32,000 nt of DNA. Source: Ktedonobacterales bacterium. GTDB taxonomy: Bacteria > Chloroflexota > Ktedonobacteria > Ktedonobacterales > JADMIN01. Shown here in pieces: positions 15,559 through 23,359 of the stretch (its first letter is position 1; the number at the start of each line of letters is the position of its first letter). The notes under the pieces were generated by a model. It was not told the DNA's origin. It did no database searches and saw only the letters and a program-made list of their open reading frames with translations. A program made the translations under genes and the position numbers. The stretch is from NCBI GenBank assembly GCA_030167145.1, contig CP126532.1, positions 4,710,001-4,742,000 of the forward strand, read 5' to 3'.

Positions 15559-18500
15559 TTACACATGCGCGCGTACATAATCCGCTACAACAGGAACGGG
15601 GTGAGCGGGCACTGCTGATGCCTCGTTGGGTGCTTCATCGGGGTCAGCAGGGCAAACATCGCGAAAGGCGCAGGCGGCGCAGTGGCCGCCAACCTTCGGT
15701 GCGAAGCGTTTTTGTTCGATGCCGAGCGCCGCCGCATCGAGTTTCTGCAGCCGTGACGTCCCTTTGCCTTGGACCGCTTTGAGGTATCTTTCCGCGTCTT
15801 TCTGCGCTTTCTCGGTCACATCGAGTAATCCGCCAGGTGAGCCATCTGGCGTTTCATCAGCCAGCGCATTGCCCACGTAGGCCAGTGCGATCTTGATGGG
15901 TGCCTGGGGGTGGAACTGGTGATAGGCCAGATAGTAAAGGGCAGGATCCATGTCCTTCTCATAATGATCGGGCGATGGACGGCCCGTATGTAGCTGTACC
16001 AACAGCACCTCGGCATCGGCTGGGCGAGTTGGATCCGTGTGTACAAGCCGGTCGGCGGTGAGCTTTACCCGACACGCGGTGAGATTCGCATAGAGATCAT
16101 GCGCCAGCGTCACTCGCTCACGCGTATCGGCCTCGCGCTCAGCGGTCAGCCGCTGCCACTCTTCGCGTAGGATGGCTTCCGCGTGCCGCCAATAATAGGC
16201 ATCATAGGCGTGGCCAGCCGGACCATCGGTTTGCCAGCTCGCGCGCAGGTGTACCTCGGCGTCTTGCCACGTCGCCTGCGGCGCGGCTTCGCATAGAGCA
16301 CGCAGATCGCGTATGCCGTGGCGGACGTAACGGTGGAAGCGGTACACGGCATTCTCAGTGGGATCAAGAAGTCCATAATCATGGGCATACTTGTACTGGC
16401 GCGGACAGCCAATGTATTGTTCCAGCGCGTGAAGCGAATGCGTAGGCTTGACGTCGCGCTGCGTGTTCATTTCTGGCGGTAGGGTCCCGCCGTATTCGTC
16501 GTTTGACTCGTCCTCTTCGCTATCCTCCTCATCTGATTCGTTGTCGGGCGCGGCGAGGAGGGCCATCGCATCGTCTGAGTGTGGTGAAGGCGCGTTCTGG
16601 TATGCTGGCGCTTCGTCGAGCAGGCTGAGCAGTCGTGACGGAGCGGCGGCGCTTTTGCCGTAGTGTAGCGCTCGCGTCAGTACGACCGTGTCGCGTGCGC
16701 GCGTAACGCCGACATAGAAGAGGCAGCGATCATCATCTCCGTCGGCATCCGCAGTGTCATCTACATGGAATCCCGGTGGCGCGGGATCCGGGCGGCGGTT
16801 GTTCCTCGTTGGAAACTGGCCTTGCGCAAGCCGGGGCAGATAGACCACAGGAAATTCGAGTCCTTTGCTGGCGTGGATAGTGAGAACCGCCACAGCATTT
16901 GGATCGCTCGCGGGCACGCTGATCTCTGCCTCTGCCAGCCGCAACGCGCCGAGGTAATGCAAGAAGCACGAGGCGGCGGACGCGCTCTCCGTATCCGCCG
17001 CTATGGCTGGTGTGCCAGCAGTGGTGGGCGCAACATCGGCATCGGGTGGAAGCTCCAGCGCATCGGCGGCGGGAAACGCTGAGGAAGGTACAGCCGCAGA
17101 TATAGATGCCTGTGGAGCGGGAGCGCTGTGCCGAACGGCGCGAATGAGACGTGCGCGGAAATCCTCTTCGCGTGCCCATCGGGAATCAAAGCGCGCTGCC
17201 AGCCGCACCAGCTCGCCAAGCGCCGCCAGCGCGGCGCGCGCCTGGCCCGCATGCGCCAGGGCAGGACTCGGTATAAACATGCTGCTCATATTGGTAGGCA
17301 GCGGAAGGCCATCCGCGACGCAGGCCAGCGCCCATGCGTAACCTCTGGGGCGCAGCAGGAAGCTCGCTAACTGGTCGCTCACGCGCGGCCCATAGCGCAG
17401 CTTTGTTACTACGTTGGCGAGTGTACCCAGGCCCAATCGAGTCTCGTCCCGTATTTGCGCAATGCCCGCTAGACGTGCGGGCAGCGTCGCCAGCCCTCTG
17501 GGCATGGCCTCGTGCATGGCCACAGCTTCACGAATCAGCAGCGCATGCTCGCGTGGCCCTGGCGGCACATGACCCAGGTCTGCCAGTAGTGCGTCAACCC
17601 GTAGCAAGCCACGGCAATCGGGACCAGTGGCAAGGGCCAGCAGTGCCAGTATGTCCTTCACTTCGGGTCGTGCGAAGAAGTTGCCCTGCTGGCTCACGGG
17701 TATCTCGTTCTCTGCGAGCGCCGTCGCGAGCGCCGCTACCTGCTTATTGGAACGGCAGAGCACAGCCTGGTCACGGTATGATGTGCCTGCCGCATGCCGC
17801 TGGGCAATCGTCGCGGCGAGGCCCACGCCCTCGGCTGCGGCAGTGGGATACGCTTCGCAGCGCAGAACTGCTGGGTCTGCGATTGCGCTCCGTACAGGGA
17901 CGAGTGCCACCGGTTGGGCCAGCGCGCTTGGGTCGGGTGCTAGTTCGGCCATGCGCGCGGCCATGGTGGATCCCATGGCGACAATGCCGGGCACCGAGCG
18001 ATAGCAATAGCGCAATGTGTGGACGTGCAACGCGGGATAGTGCTGGCGCAAGAGGCTCAGATTCGCTGGTGACGCACCCCGCCAGCGATAGATGGACTGG
18101 TTACGGTCGCCGACAACCCATAGCCCTGCGCCGGTGTCGCCTGCGAGCAGCAGCAAAAGCTCACCGGCCGCGCGATTAGTATCCTGGAACTCATCCACGA
18201 GAATGTTGCGGTAGCGCTGGCGCACTTCGGCCAGTACGGCAGGGCGAGCATGCAACATCTCGACCGCGCGCTGAATCAAGCCACCGAAATCCACCAGTCC
18301 GCGACGATGCAAAGCGCGATCCCAGACGCCATAGGCTAGCGCACGTTCGTGTGCTTTGTCGATCTGGTCTTTAGAGTAGGTTCCCTCTGGAATCTCTTGC
18401 TTCGGCTTGTTCTTGCGCTTCGTTCCGGCGTTCGCGTCATGGAGTGGTTCTGGTGCGGACTGCATCGTCGCAACCAGCGCCAGGTAGCCATCGGGGGTGT

Positions 18501-19632
18501 GCAGTTCGTCACGTGCCCGTGAGAAGTCGTCCAGTAAGGTCGTGAGATGACGGGTGGGATTGCCGAGCGAGCGATAGAAGCGTAGCGGCAACTCAGCCAG
18601 CAAGTCTTCCATCAGCAGCAGCGCATCGGCCCTATCGAGGATGCGGAAGTCTGGGGTAAGCGGTGGCTCATCTGGGGCGTGGGGCGCCTGAGTCGCGAAC
18701 TCGCGCAGGAGCGTTGCGGCGAGAGCGTGGATGGTCATGACAGGCATGCGTTCGCCGTGAAGGTCATGCAGCGAGAGCCGTTCGCGCATCTCACCCGCTG
18801 CGCGATTCGAGAAGGTGAGCGCCAGGATAGATTCAGGACGCTCACCGCATTCGAGCAGCAGATATGCCGCGCGACCCACGAGCGTTTTTGTCTTACCGGT
18901 GCCCGGCCCGGCCACAATCAGCGCAGGGCCAGATGTGCGCGCGGCGGCGCGTTGCGAGTCATCCAGCGCGGAGAGCAGCTCTGACGGTTCCCCTGGCATT
19001 GGCGCGCTGGTCTCGGCTGCGGGTGGGACGGTATCGGGTTTGAGTGCGGAGAGCACCGCATCCACCAGGCGCTGGCGCATGAGCGGCGTAGAAATGCCGA
19101 AGCGCCTGGCAAGCGTCACGGCATCGGACAGTGCGGATGCGGTGAAGCAGCGCCGCACCTCAGCGCAAGGGGCGAGCAATTCCGCGGCGAATGCGTTGGC
19201 CTCTAATTCACGACGAGCGCGCGGTGTGTATTCTTCGACGCGATGGGGTTCAATCCTTAGTCCGCTGGTATCGGGCGTCTCATTCACTTCGTCTTCTTCG
19301 CAGGCTTCCTCGCGCGCCGCCAGTTCCCCGCGATGCAATACGTAGTGCCCTAACTCGTGCGCAATGGCGAAAAGTTCTTGTTCTTGTGAAAGTCCCGCGC
19401 GCAGATGTATGACACCTTCTTGGGGGGTATCCCAGTCGAAGAGCTGAAGTCGCGCATATGCGCCGCCAAGGACACCATTAGTGGTGGCCTGCGGCGAAAT
19501 CTCGATGCAACGCATCTCGCAGAGCAAGCGCAACACCACGCGGGCGTGGGGCACGTCATCCCAAGTACGCATCGCCAGTGCGTGCGACCGCAACGCGCGC
19601 GCGGCTTGCGCGATGACTTCCATACGCTCCAT
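15559..19632 (-). CDS. Multidomain fusion: N-terminal ImmA/IrrE-type (M78) Zn-metallopeptidase, UvrD/PcrA-type SF1 helicase, and C-terminal Cas4/AddB-like PD-(D/E)XK-fold domain with a 4-Cys cluster
   Basis: Peptidase: HELGH (19345-19359) plus ELEANAFAAELLAP. Helicase: Walker A AGPGTGKT (18889-18909), TFSNRAAGEMRERL, ILVDEFQDTN, VVGDRNQSIYRWRGA, TIHASKGLEFPVV, YVGVTRAR. C-terminus: LEQYIGCPRQYKY ... CAACAFRDVC (15652-15681). The start ATG overlaps the upstream stop (TAATG). Confidence 0.85.
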   Translation of the reverse strand: MERMEVIAQAARALRSHALAMRTWDDVPHARVVLRLLCEMRCIEISPQATTNGVLGGAYARLQLFDWDTPQEGVIHLRAGLSQEQELFAIAHELGHYVLHRGELAAREEACEEDEVNETPDTSGLRIEPHRVEEYTPRARRELEANAFAAELLAPCAEVRRCFTASALSDAVTLARRFGISTPLMRQRLVDAVLSALKPDTVPPAAETSAPMPGEPSELLSALDDSQRAAARTSGPALIVAGPGTGKTKTLVGRAAYLLLECGERPESILALTFSNRAAGEMRERLSLHDLHGERMPVMTIHALAATLLREFATQAPHAPDEPPLTPDFRILDRADALLLMEDLLAELPLRFYRSLGNPTRHLTTLLDDFSRARDELHTPDGYLALVATMQSAPEPLHDANAGTKRKNKPKQEIPEGTYSKDQIDKAHERALAYGVWDRALHRRGLVDFGGLIQRAVEMLHARPAVLAEVRQRYRNILVDEFQDTNRAAGELLLLLAGDTGAGLWVVGDRNQSIYRWRGASPANLSLLRQHYPALHVHTLRYCYRSVPGIVAMGSTMAARMAELAPDPSALAQPVALVPVRSAIADPAVLRCEAYPTAAAEGVGLAATIAQRHAAGTSYRDQAVLCRSNKQVAALATALAENEIPVSQQGNFFARPEVKDILALLALATGPDCRGLLRVDALLADLGHVPPGPREHALLIREAVAMHEAMPRGLATLPARLAGIAQIRDETRLGLGTLANVVTKLRYGPRVSDQLASFLLRPRGYAWALACVADGLPLPTNMSSMFIPSPALAHAGQARAALAALGELVRLAARFDSRWAREEDFRARLIRAVRHSAPAPQASISAAVPSSAFPAADALELPPDADVAPTTAGTPAIAADTESASAASCFLHYLGALRLAEAEISVPASDPNAVAVLTIHASKGLEFPVVYLPRLAQGQFPTRNNRRPDPAPPGFHVDDTADADGDDDRCLFYVGVTRARDTVVLTRALHYGKSAAAPSRLLSLLDEAPAYQNAPSPHSDDAMALLAAPDNESDEEDSEEDESNDEYGGTLPPEMNTQRDVKPTHSLHALEQYIGCPRQYKYAHDYGLLDPTENAVYRFHRYVRHGIRDLRALCEAAPQATWQDAEVHLRASWQTDGPAGHAYDAYYWRHAEAILREEWQRLTAEREADTRERVTLAHDLYANLTACRVKLTADRLVHTDPTRPADAEVLLVQLHTGRPSPDHYEKDMDPALYYLAYHQFHPQAPIKIALAYVGNALADETPDGSPGGLLDVTEKAQKDAERYLKAVQGKGTSRLQKLDAAALGIEQKRFAPKVGGHCAACAFRDVCPADPDEAPNEASAVPAHPVPVVADYVRAHV

Positions 19633-20291
19633 TAGCTCGCTGCCTCGCGAGCGATGATCTCAGCCCACTCGCGTTTCTGGTCGGGCGCGAGCATGCTGCT
19701 CTGGATAGCGCTGGCGAACGACTCCTGGCCGGGTTGCGGAGGTGAGTCGGCGTAGAAGAAGGCGTTCGCCTGAACGGGCTTGCCCAGATAGGCGCTGACG
19801 GCGTCTTCTGGCGCGTGCAGCGTCTCAGCCAGCCGTTTGACAAGTTCGCGGGGGATATCGCCAGGGGTGATCGCGCGTAAGTCGAGCTTGCCCACAATCG
19901 CCATGTTCAGGCCCACTGCCGCGCCGAGTTTCGACATAGTGAGTCCAACCGCTCTCGCGCTCCGGGCCAGACTGAGGATGCGTGTTTCCGCTGCTGGCGC
20001 AGATGCACTCTGGCGTGCGTTTGCCAGCACGCGCTGGGCAGCGGGCGAAAGTGCGGATGCGCGAGTCTCCTCAACAGGCGGGAGGTGGGCCGTCACCGCA
20101 TGGAAGAACAGCGCGAACTCTATCAATTCGGCTGCATAGTCGGGATAGCGCCGTACATAGTCCTCGACATTGGGAGACTTGCCAGCATGGTATTCGTTTG
20201 TATATTGGGCGGTGATGCTATCCAATGTGTCTTCGCGTAGCGCCTGCTCACGTTGCTGATTCGCATTCAGGTTTCGATTTCGCTTAGCCAT
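19632..20291 (-). CDS. XRE-type helix-turn-helix protein (ImmR/DdrO-like candidate partner of the fused protease)
   Basis: ATG 20291 is preceded by GAGGAGGG at 5-nt spacing and overlaps the sigma-gene stop by 8 nt (ATGGCTAA). The central segment LSLARSARAVGLTMSKLGAAVGLNMAIVGKLDLRAITPGDIP looks like an HTH_3 fold. The GTG at 20321 in the track is less likely. Confidence 0.65.
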   Translation of the reverse strand: MAKRNRNLNANQQREQALREDTLDSITAQYTNEYHAGKSPNVEDYVRRYPDYAAELIEFALFFHAVTAHLPPVEETRASALSPAAQRVLANARQSASAPAAETRILSLARSARAVGLTMSKLGAAVGLNMAIVGKLDLRAITPGDIPRELVKRLAETLHAPEDAVSAYLGKPVQANAFFYADSPPQPGQESFASAIQSSMLAPDQKREWAEIIAREAAS

Positions 20292-21078
20292 TGTTGCCCT
20301 CCTCGTCGCGGTAGCGCGCACGTAGGAATGCCATGATTCGTTTCAGACGATTGCGTACTGTTCTGCTATCCACTCCCAACAGCCGCGCGGCGTCATCTTG
20401 CGTCAAGTCGTCCCAGAACAGGAGTGCCAGAAGTTTTTGCTGCTCGGACGTCAATTCGGCAAGCAGCGCATCGAGATCTGCCGCTATCTCCACATTGGTA
20501 TACGCATCGTCTGTGCTTGTGTCTGCTGGATCAGTGCCGGGCATATCATCATCGCCAGATTTCCGAGGACTAGAAAGACTCTGTGTCATGTCCTTGGGGA
20601 TGCGTTCAGGCATATCTACCCCTGGCCGAACCCACTGCCCTTGTTTCTGCATGTAATCCCATGCCACATGTTGCTCTAGGCGTCGCAGGCTAGTGTGGAA
20701 GTGTACCTCGAAGAACTGGCGCAGAGGATTGCGCAGCGTCTCGAGCAGAGCAGTGTAGCCTTCTTGCTCCAGTTCTTCCGCCAACTCAGGAATCTGTCCG
20801 CTTCGAGAGCGATGGGCAATGTCACGCGACCACCTTGACATCTCTGTGGTCAAGGCTGAGAAGATGACCGTCACAATGCGGTTGGCTTCGGCCTCGGCCT
20901 GCGCCGCCAGCCGCTCGCGGAAGCATCTGACCAGTATCTCCACTGGCAGGAGGTCGCCTTCCTTACGCTCGATGGCGAGCCAGTAGTCCGCGCTGCCAGG
21001 GGGAGGCAACTGCTGGAAGAGAGCGTCCAGTTGAACTCGCCTGGCTGCGTGGGCATCTTCGTGGTGATCATCTCCCAT
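20284..21078 (-). CDS. Sigma-70 family RNA polymerase sigma factor, divergent ECF-like
   Basis: Region 4: LTSEQQKLLALLFWDDLTQDDAARLLGVDSRTVRNRLKRIMAFLR. Region-2-like: AEELEQEGYTALLETLRNPLRQFFEVHFHTSLRRLEQHVAWDY. ATG 21078 has AAGGAG 7 nt upstream. The longer 21213 start would contain the predicted promoter. Confidence 0.65.
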   Translation of the reverse strand: MGDDHHEDAHAARRVQLDALFQQLPPPGSADYWLAIERKEGDLLPVEILVRCFRERLAAQAEAEANRIVTVIFSALTTEMSRWSRDIAHRSRSGQIPELAEELEQEGYTALLETLRNPLRQFFEVHFHTSLRRLEQHVAWDYMQKQGQWVRPGVDMPERIPKDMTQSLSSPRKSGDDDMPGTDPADTSTDDAYTNVEIAADLDALLAELTSEQQKLLALLFWDDLTQDDAARLLGVDSRTVRNRLKRIMAFLRARYRDEEGNNG

Positions 21079-21166
21079 GCCGAACTCCTTCTTGCCAGTG
21101 GTGATAGGTCTGGCGACACGCGGAGTTCCCGCGACCACGCGCGGAAAGCGGCATGCCGTCGTCACC

Positions 21167-21195
21167 AGTATAGGAGTCGGATAGGGAACGGTCAA
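21167..21195 (-). promoter_or_regulatory. Sigma-70-type promoter for the sigma/HTH/protease-helicase operon
   Basis: On the minus strand: TTGACC (21195-21190), exactly 17-nt spacer, TATACT (21172-21167), about 82 nt upstream of ATG 21078. Confidence 0.5.
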
Positions 21196-21415
21196 CACTA
21201 GCTCTTGAAACATCGCAAACCTCTCAATTGAGGATATCAGGGACAGCAGCGGTGCGCTGCGCTCATCACTGCCTTCGAAATACGGCGGCGCGGGTCAAAG
21301 TCGGAAAGGGCCGCCCGGCATTCTTACCGTTGACACTGCCGGTACCATAGCTGAGCCAGAGGTGTCGGCCCTGAATTCATGCATGTTAAGCGCATTGGAG
21401 TAGGAGTGATTACGC

Positions 21416-22282
21416 ATGCTTCGCATCTCACGACATCTGTTGTTTCTCGCCATCTTTACCACGAGCATGCTGTTAATGGCATGCGGCAGCGCAACGGGCA
21501 GAGCATCCAGTACCCCGACATCAGCGGCGACGGCGACGGCGACGGCCACGACGCCCAGCGGCTGCGCTGCCGCTTCTGGTTTCGCTTCCGCAGGCGTGCC
21601 CAACCTGGGCGCACACTTCGGCGATGTGAGTTTTCCTTCGGGGGCGATCAGCTATAATACGACGACGCCAGAAACCAATGGCTTCCAATTCCGGCTGGTC
21701 CACACTTGTGTCGTGGGGTTGACGCCTGCCGCACTACGGAATTTTTACAACACGCACAGCACTAGCCAGGGGTGGAGTTTGACCGACACTGTGCCAGTGA
21801 ATGGCGACCTCAGCACGGCCTGCCCCACTCCTGCCTATTGTTGGATAAAGAATGATGGGGTGATCCGGTTCCTGAATCTTGAGGATGTCGCATCGGCTGG
21901 TAGCGTGACCACATACACCCTACGGCTGATTATCGAGCCGCTAGCCAGCGGTGGTGCCCTGCTCAATCCCGGTGATACCTACGACTTCGATCCAACTGGC
22001 CCAGGCAGCGGCGCCAACGATCTGACCTGGACAGGCAGCCAGTTGACACTTGCCAGCGGCGTGACCTATCACGCGGTGGGTAGTGGCGCGTTCAATACGG
22101 TGGGTTATGCAGATGTCGCGGGTTACACCTACGGCGTGGGGCCAGTGCCAGGGAGCGCGCTGGCAGTGGGGGCGATCTTTGCGGTGCAGACCGGAGATCA
22201 TCACTTTGTGAAGGTGCGAGTGGTGAATCATGCAGGCTCGCAACTGAACGTCGAAGCAGTGACCTATCCCTATACCTTTTAG
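21416..22282 (+). CDS. Secreted lipoprotein of unknown function
   Basis: GGAG-rich RBS. Signal peptide with lipobox MLRISRHLLFLAIFTTSMLLMAC, followed by a Ser/Thr/Ala linker (STPTSAATATATATTPSG). No recognisable family. Confidence 0.7.
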   Translation: MLRISRHLLFLAIFTTSMLLMACGSATGRASSTPTSAATATATATTPSGCAAASGFASAGVPNLGAHFGDVSFPSGAISYNTTTPETNGFQFRLVHTCVVGLTPAALRNFYNTHSTSQGWSLTDTVPVNGDLSTACPTPAYCWIKNDGVIRFLNLEDVASAGSVTTYTLRLIIEPLASGGALLNPGDTYDFDPTGPGSGANDLTWTGSQLTLASGVTYHAVGSGAFNTVGYADVAGYTYGVGPVPGSALAVGAIFAVQTGDHHFVKVRVVNHAGSQLNVEAVTYPYTF

Positions 22283-22324
22283 CCGCGTCAGGTGGCCGTG
22301 CTTGCCGCCCACTTGGGGCACGCA

Positions 22325-22354
22325 TTGACGTTCCTTGAACGCCCCTCGTACCAT
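22325..22354 (+). promoter_or_regulatory. Candidate promoter for nadK-recN
   Basis: TTGACG (22325-22330), 18-nt spacer, TACCAT (22349-22354), about 97 nt upstream of ATG 22451. Confidence 0.3.
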
Positions 22355-22450
22355 GTGACAGAGTACACGCATCGCCAGATCTAGGGGGATCTGGTGGCAG
22401 GTACTCTGGACCCGCGCAACAGCCGCGTGGAGCGGAGCGATGGAGGCGGC

Positions 22451-23311
22451 ATGAGCGATAGCGATAGTGTACGCCCGGCCATACACACCGTCGGCATTAT
22501 CTATCGTGAGCGATCAGCGGAGGCGAGTGCGCTGGCCCACACGCTGGCGGCGCGGATGTCTGCGGGTGGGCGGCGTGCGTGGCTCGCCGAACGCGAGGAT
22601 GAAGCGGAGATCGTGGACCAGTTGGTGGGTACAGAGTTGGCGCTCGTACTTGGCGGCGATGGCACGATTTTGTCCGTTGCCCGGCTCTGCGCGCCGCTCC
22701 AGATTCCTATCCTGGGTGTCAACTTTGGGCGCGTCGGCTTCCTGACGGAACTGGAACCGTTGGAGGTCGAGGAAAAGCTGCCGCTCTATCTCAACGGCGA
22801 TTACTGGGTGGACGAGCGCACGATGCTTCAGGCGGAGGTTGGGCACGATGGCGCGACAGAACACCTGATTGCGCTCAACGATGTGGTGCTGGCGCGTGGC
22901 GCTGAGCCACGAGTCATTCGCGTGAAGGTCTGGATTGACGGACATCTCTACAACACCACCGTCGCCGATGGCGTGATTGTCTCCACCGCGACCGGCTCCA
23001 CAGCCTACAATCTGGCGGCAGGCGGCCCGATTCTCCATCCGCAGGTGCGCAGCAGCGTCCTCACACCACTCGCGCCGCATTTGGCCGCTGATCGCTCGCT
23101 GATTCTGGAGCCAAGCGCCGTTATCACGCTCGAAGTGGAGGAGCGCTCCGGAGCGGCGGTGCTCTCCGCCGATGGACAGATCAACCGCGACTTGGCGGTG
23201 GGCAGCCGTGTGGTTATTCGCGGCAACGCGCACATGACGCGCTTTTTGCGCCGCCGCCCGCCGACCTACTTCTATAGGATTCTGACGGCGAAACTGCGAG
23301 ATAATCTCTAG
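22451..23311 (+). CDS. nadK: NAD(+) kinase
   Basis: GGAGG lies upstream of ATG 22451. Motifs LVLGGDGTILSVARL, GVNFGRVGFLTE and STATGSTAYNLAAGGPI. The 22394 start in the track adds 19 residues without an RBS. Confidence 0.9.
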   Translation: MSDSDSVRPAIHTVGIIYRERSAEASALAHTLAARMSAGGRRAWLAEREDEAEIVDQLVGTELALVLGGDGTILSVARLCAPLQIPILGVNFGRVGFLTELEPLEVEEKLPLYLNGDYWVDERTMLQAEVGHDGATEHLIALNDVVLARGAEPRVIRVKVWIDGHLYNTTVADGVIVSTATGSTAYNLAAGGPILHPQVRSSVLTPLAPHLAADRSLILEPSAVITLEVEERSGAAVLSADGQINRDLAVGSRVVIRGNAHMTRFLRRRPPTYFYRILTAKLRDNL

Positions 23312-23359
23312 TGGTCACTCTGGTTGTAGCGATGAGCGCTCAATGGGATATGGACAGCG

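Noticed and set aside
21079-21213. Longer sigma-factor start at 21213
   Set aside because: The extension contains the TTGACC-17-TATACT promoter and lacks an RBS, whereas ATG 21078 has AAGGAG at ideal spacing.
15559-21213. ImmA/HTH pair as the immunity module of a prophage or ICE
   Set aside because: No integrase, recombinase, tRNA or att-like repeat, and no phage structural, replication or conjugation genes occur in the window, and I see no composition break by eye. The flanks are ordinary chromosomal genes. A degraded element cannot be excluded without the wider genome.
21524-21550. GCGACG-type hexanucleotide tandem repeat
   Set aside because: It lies inside the lipoprotein gene and encodes its Thr/Ala linker (AATATATATT). 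It is a coding low-complexity tract, not a CRISPR or regulatory repeat.
22375-22394. Hairpin CCAGATC-TAGGGG-GATCTGG after the lipoprotein gene as a terminator
   Set aside because: No U-tract follows it. It lies about 90 bp downstream of the stop and downstream of the candidate nadK promoter, so the evidence for a terminator is insufficient.
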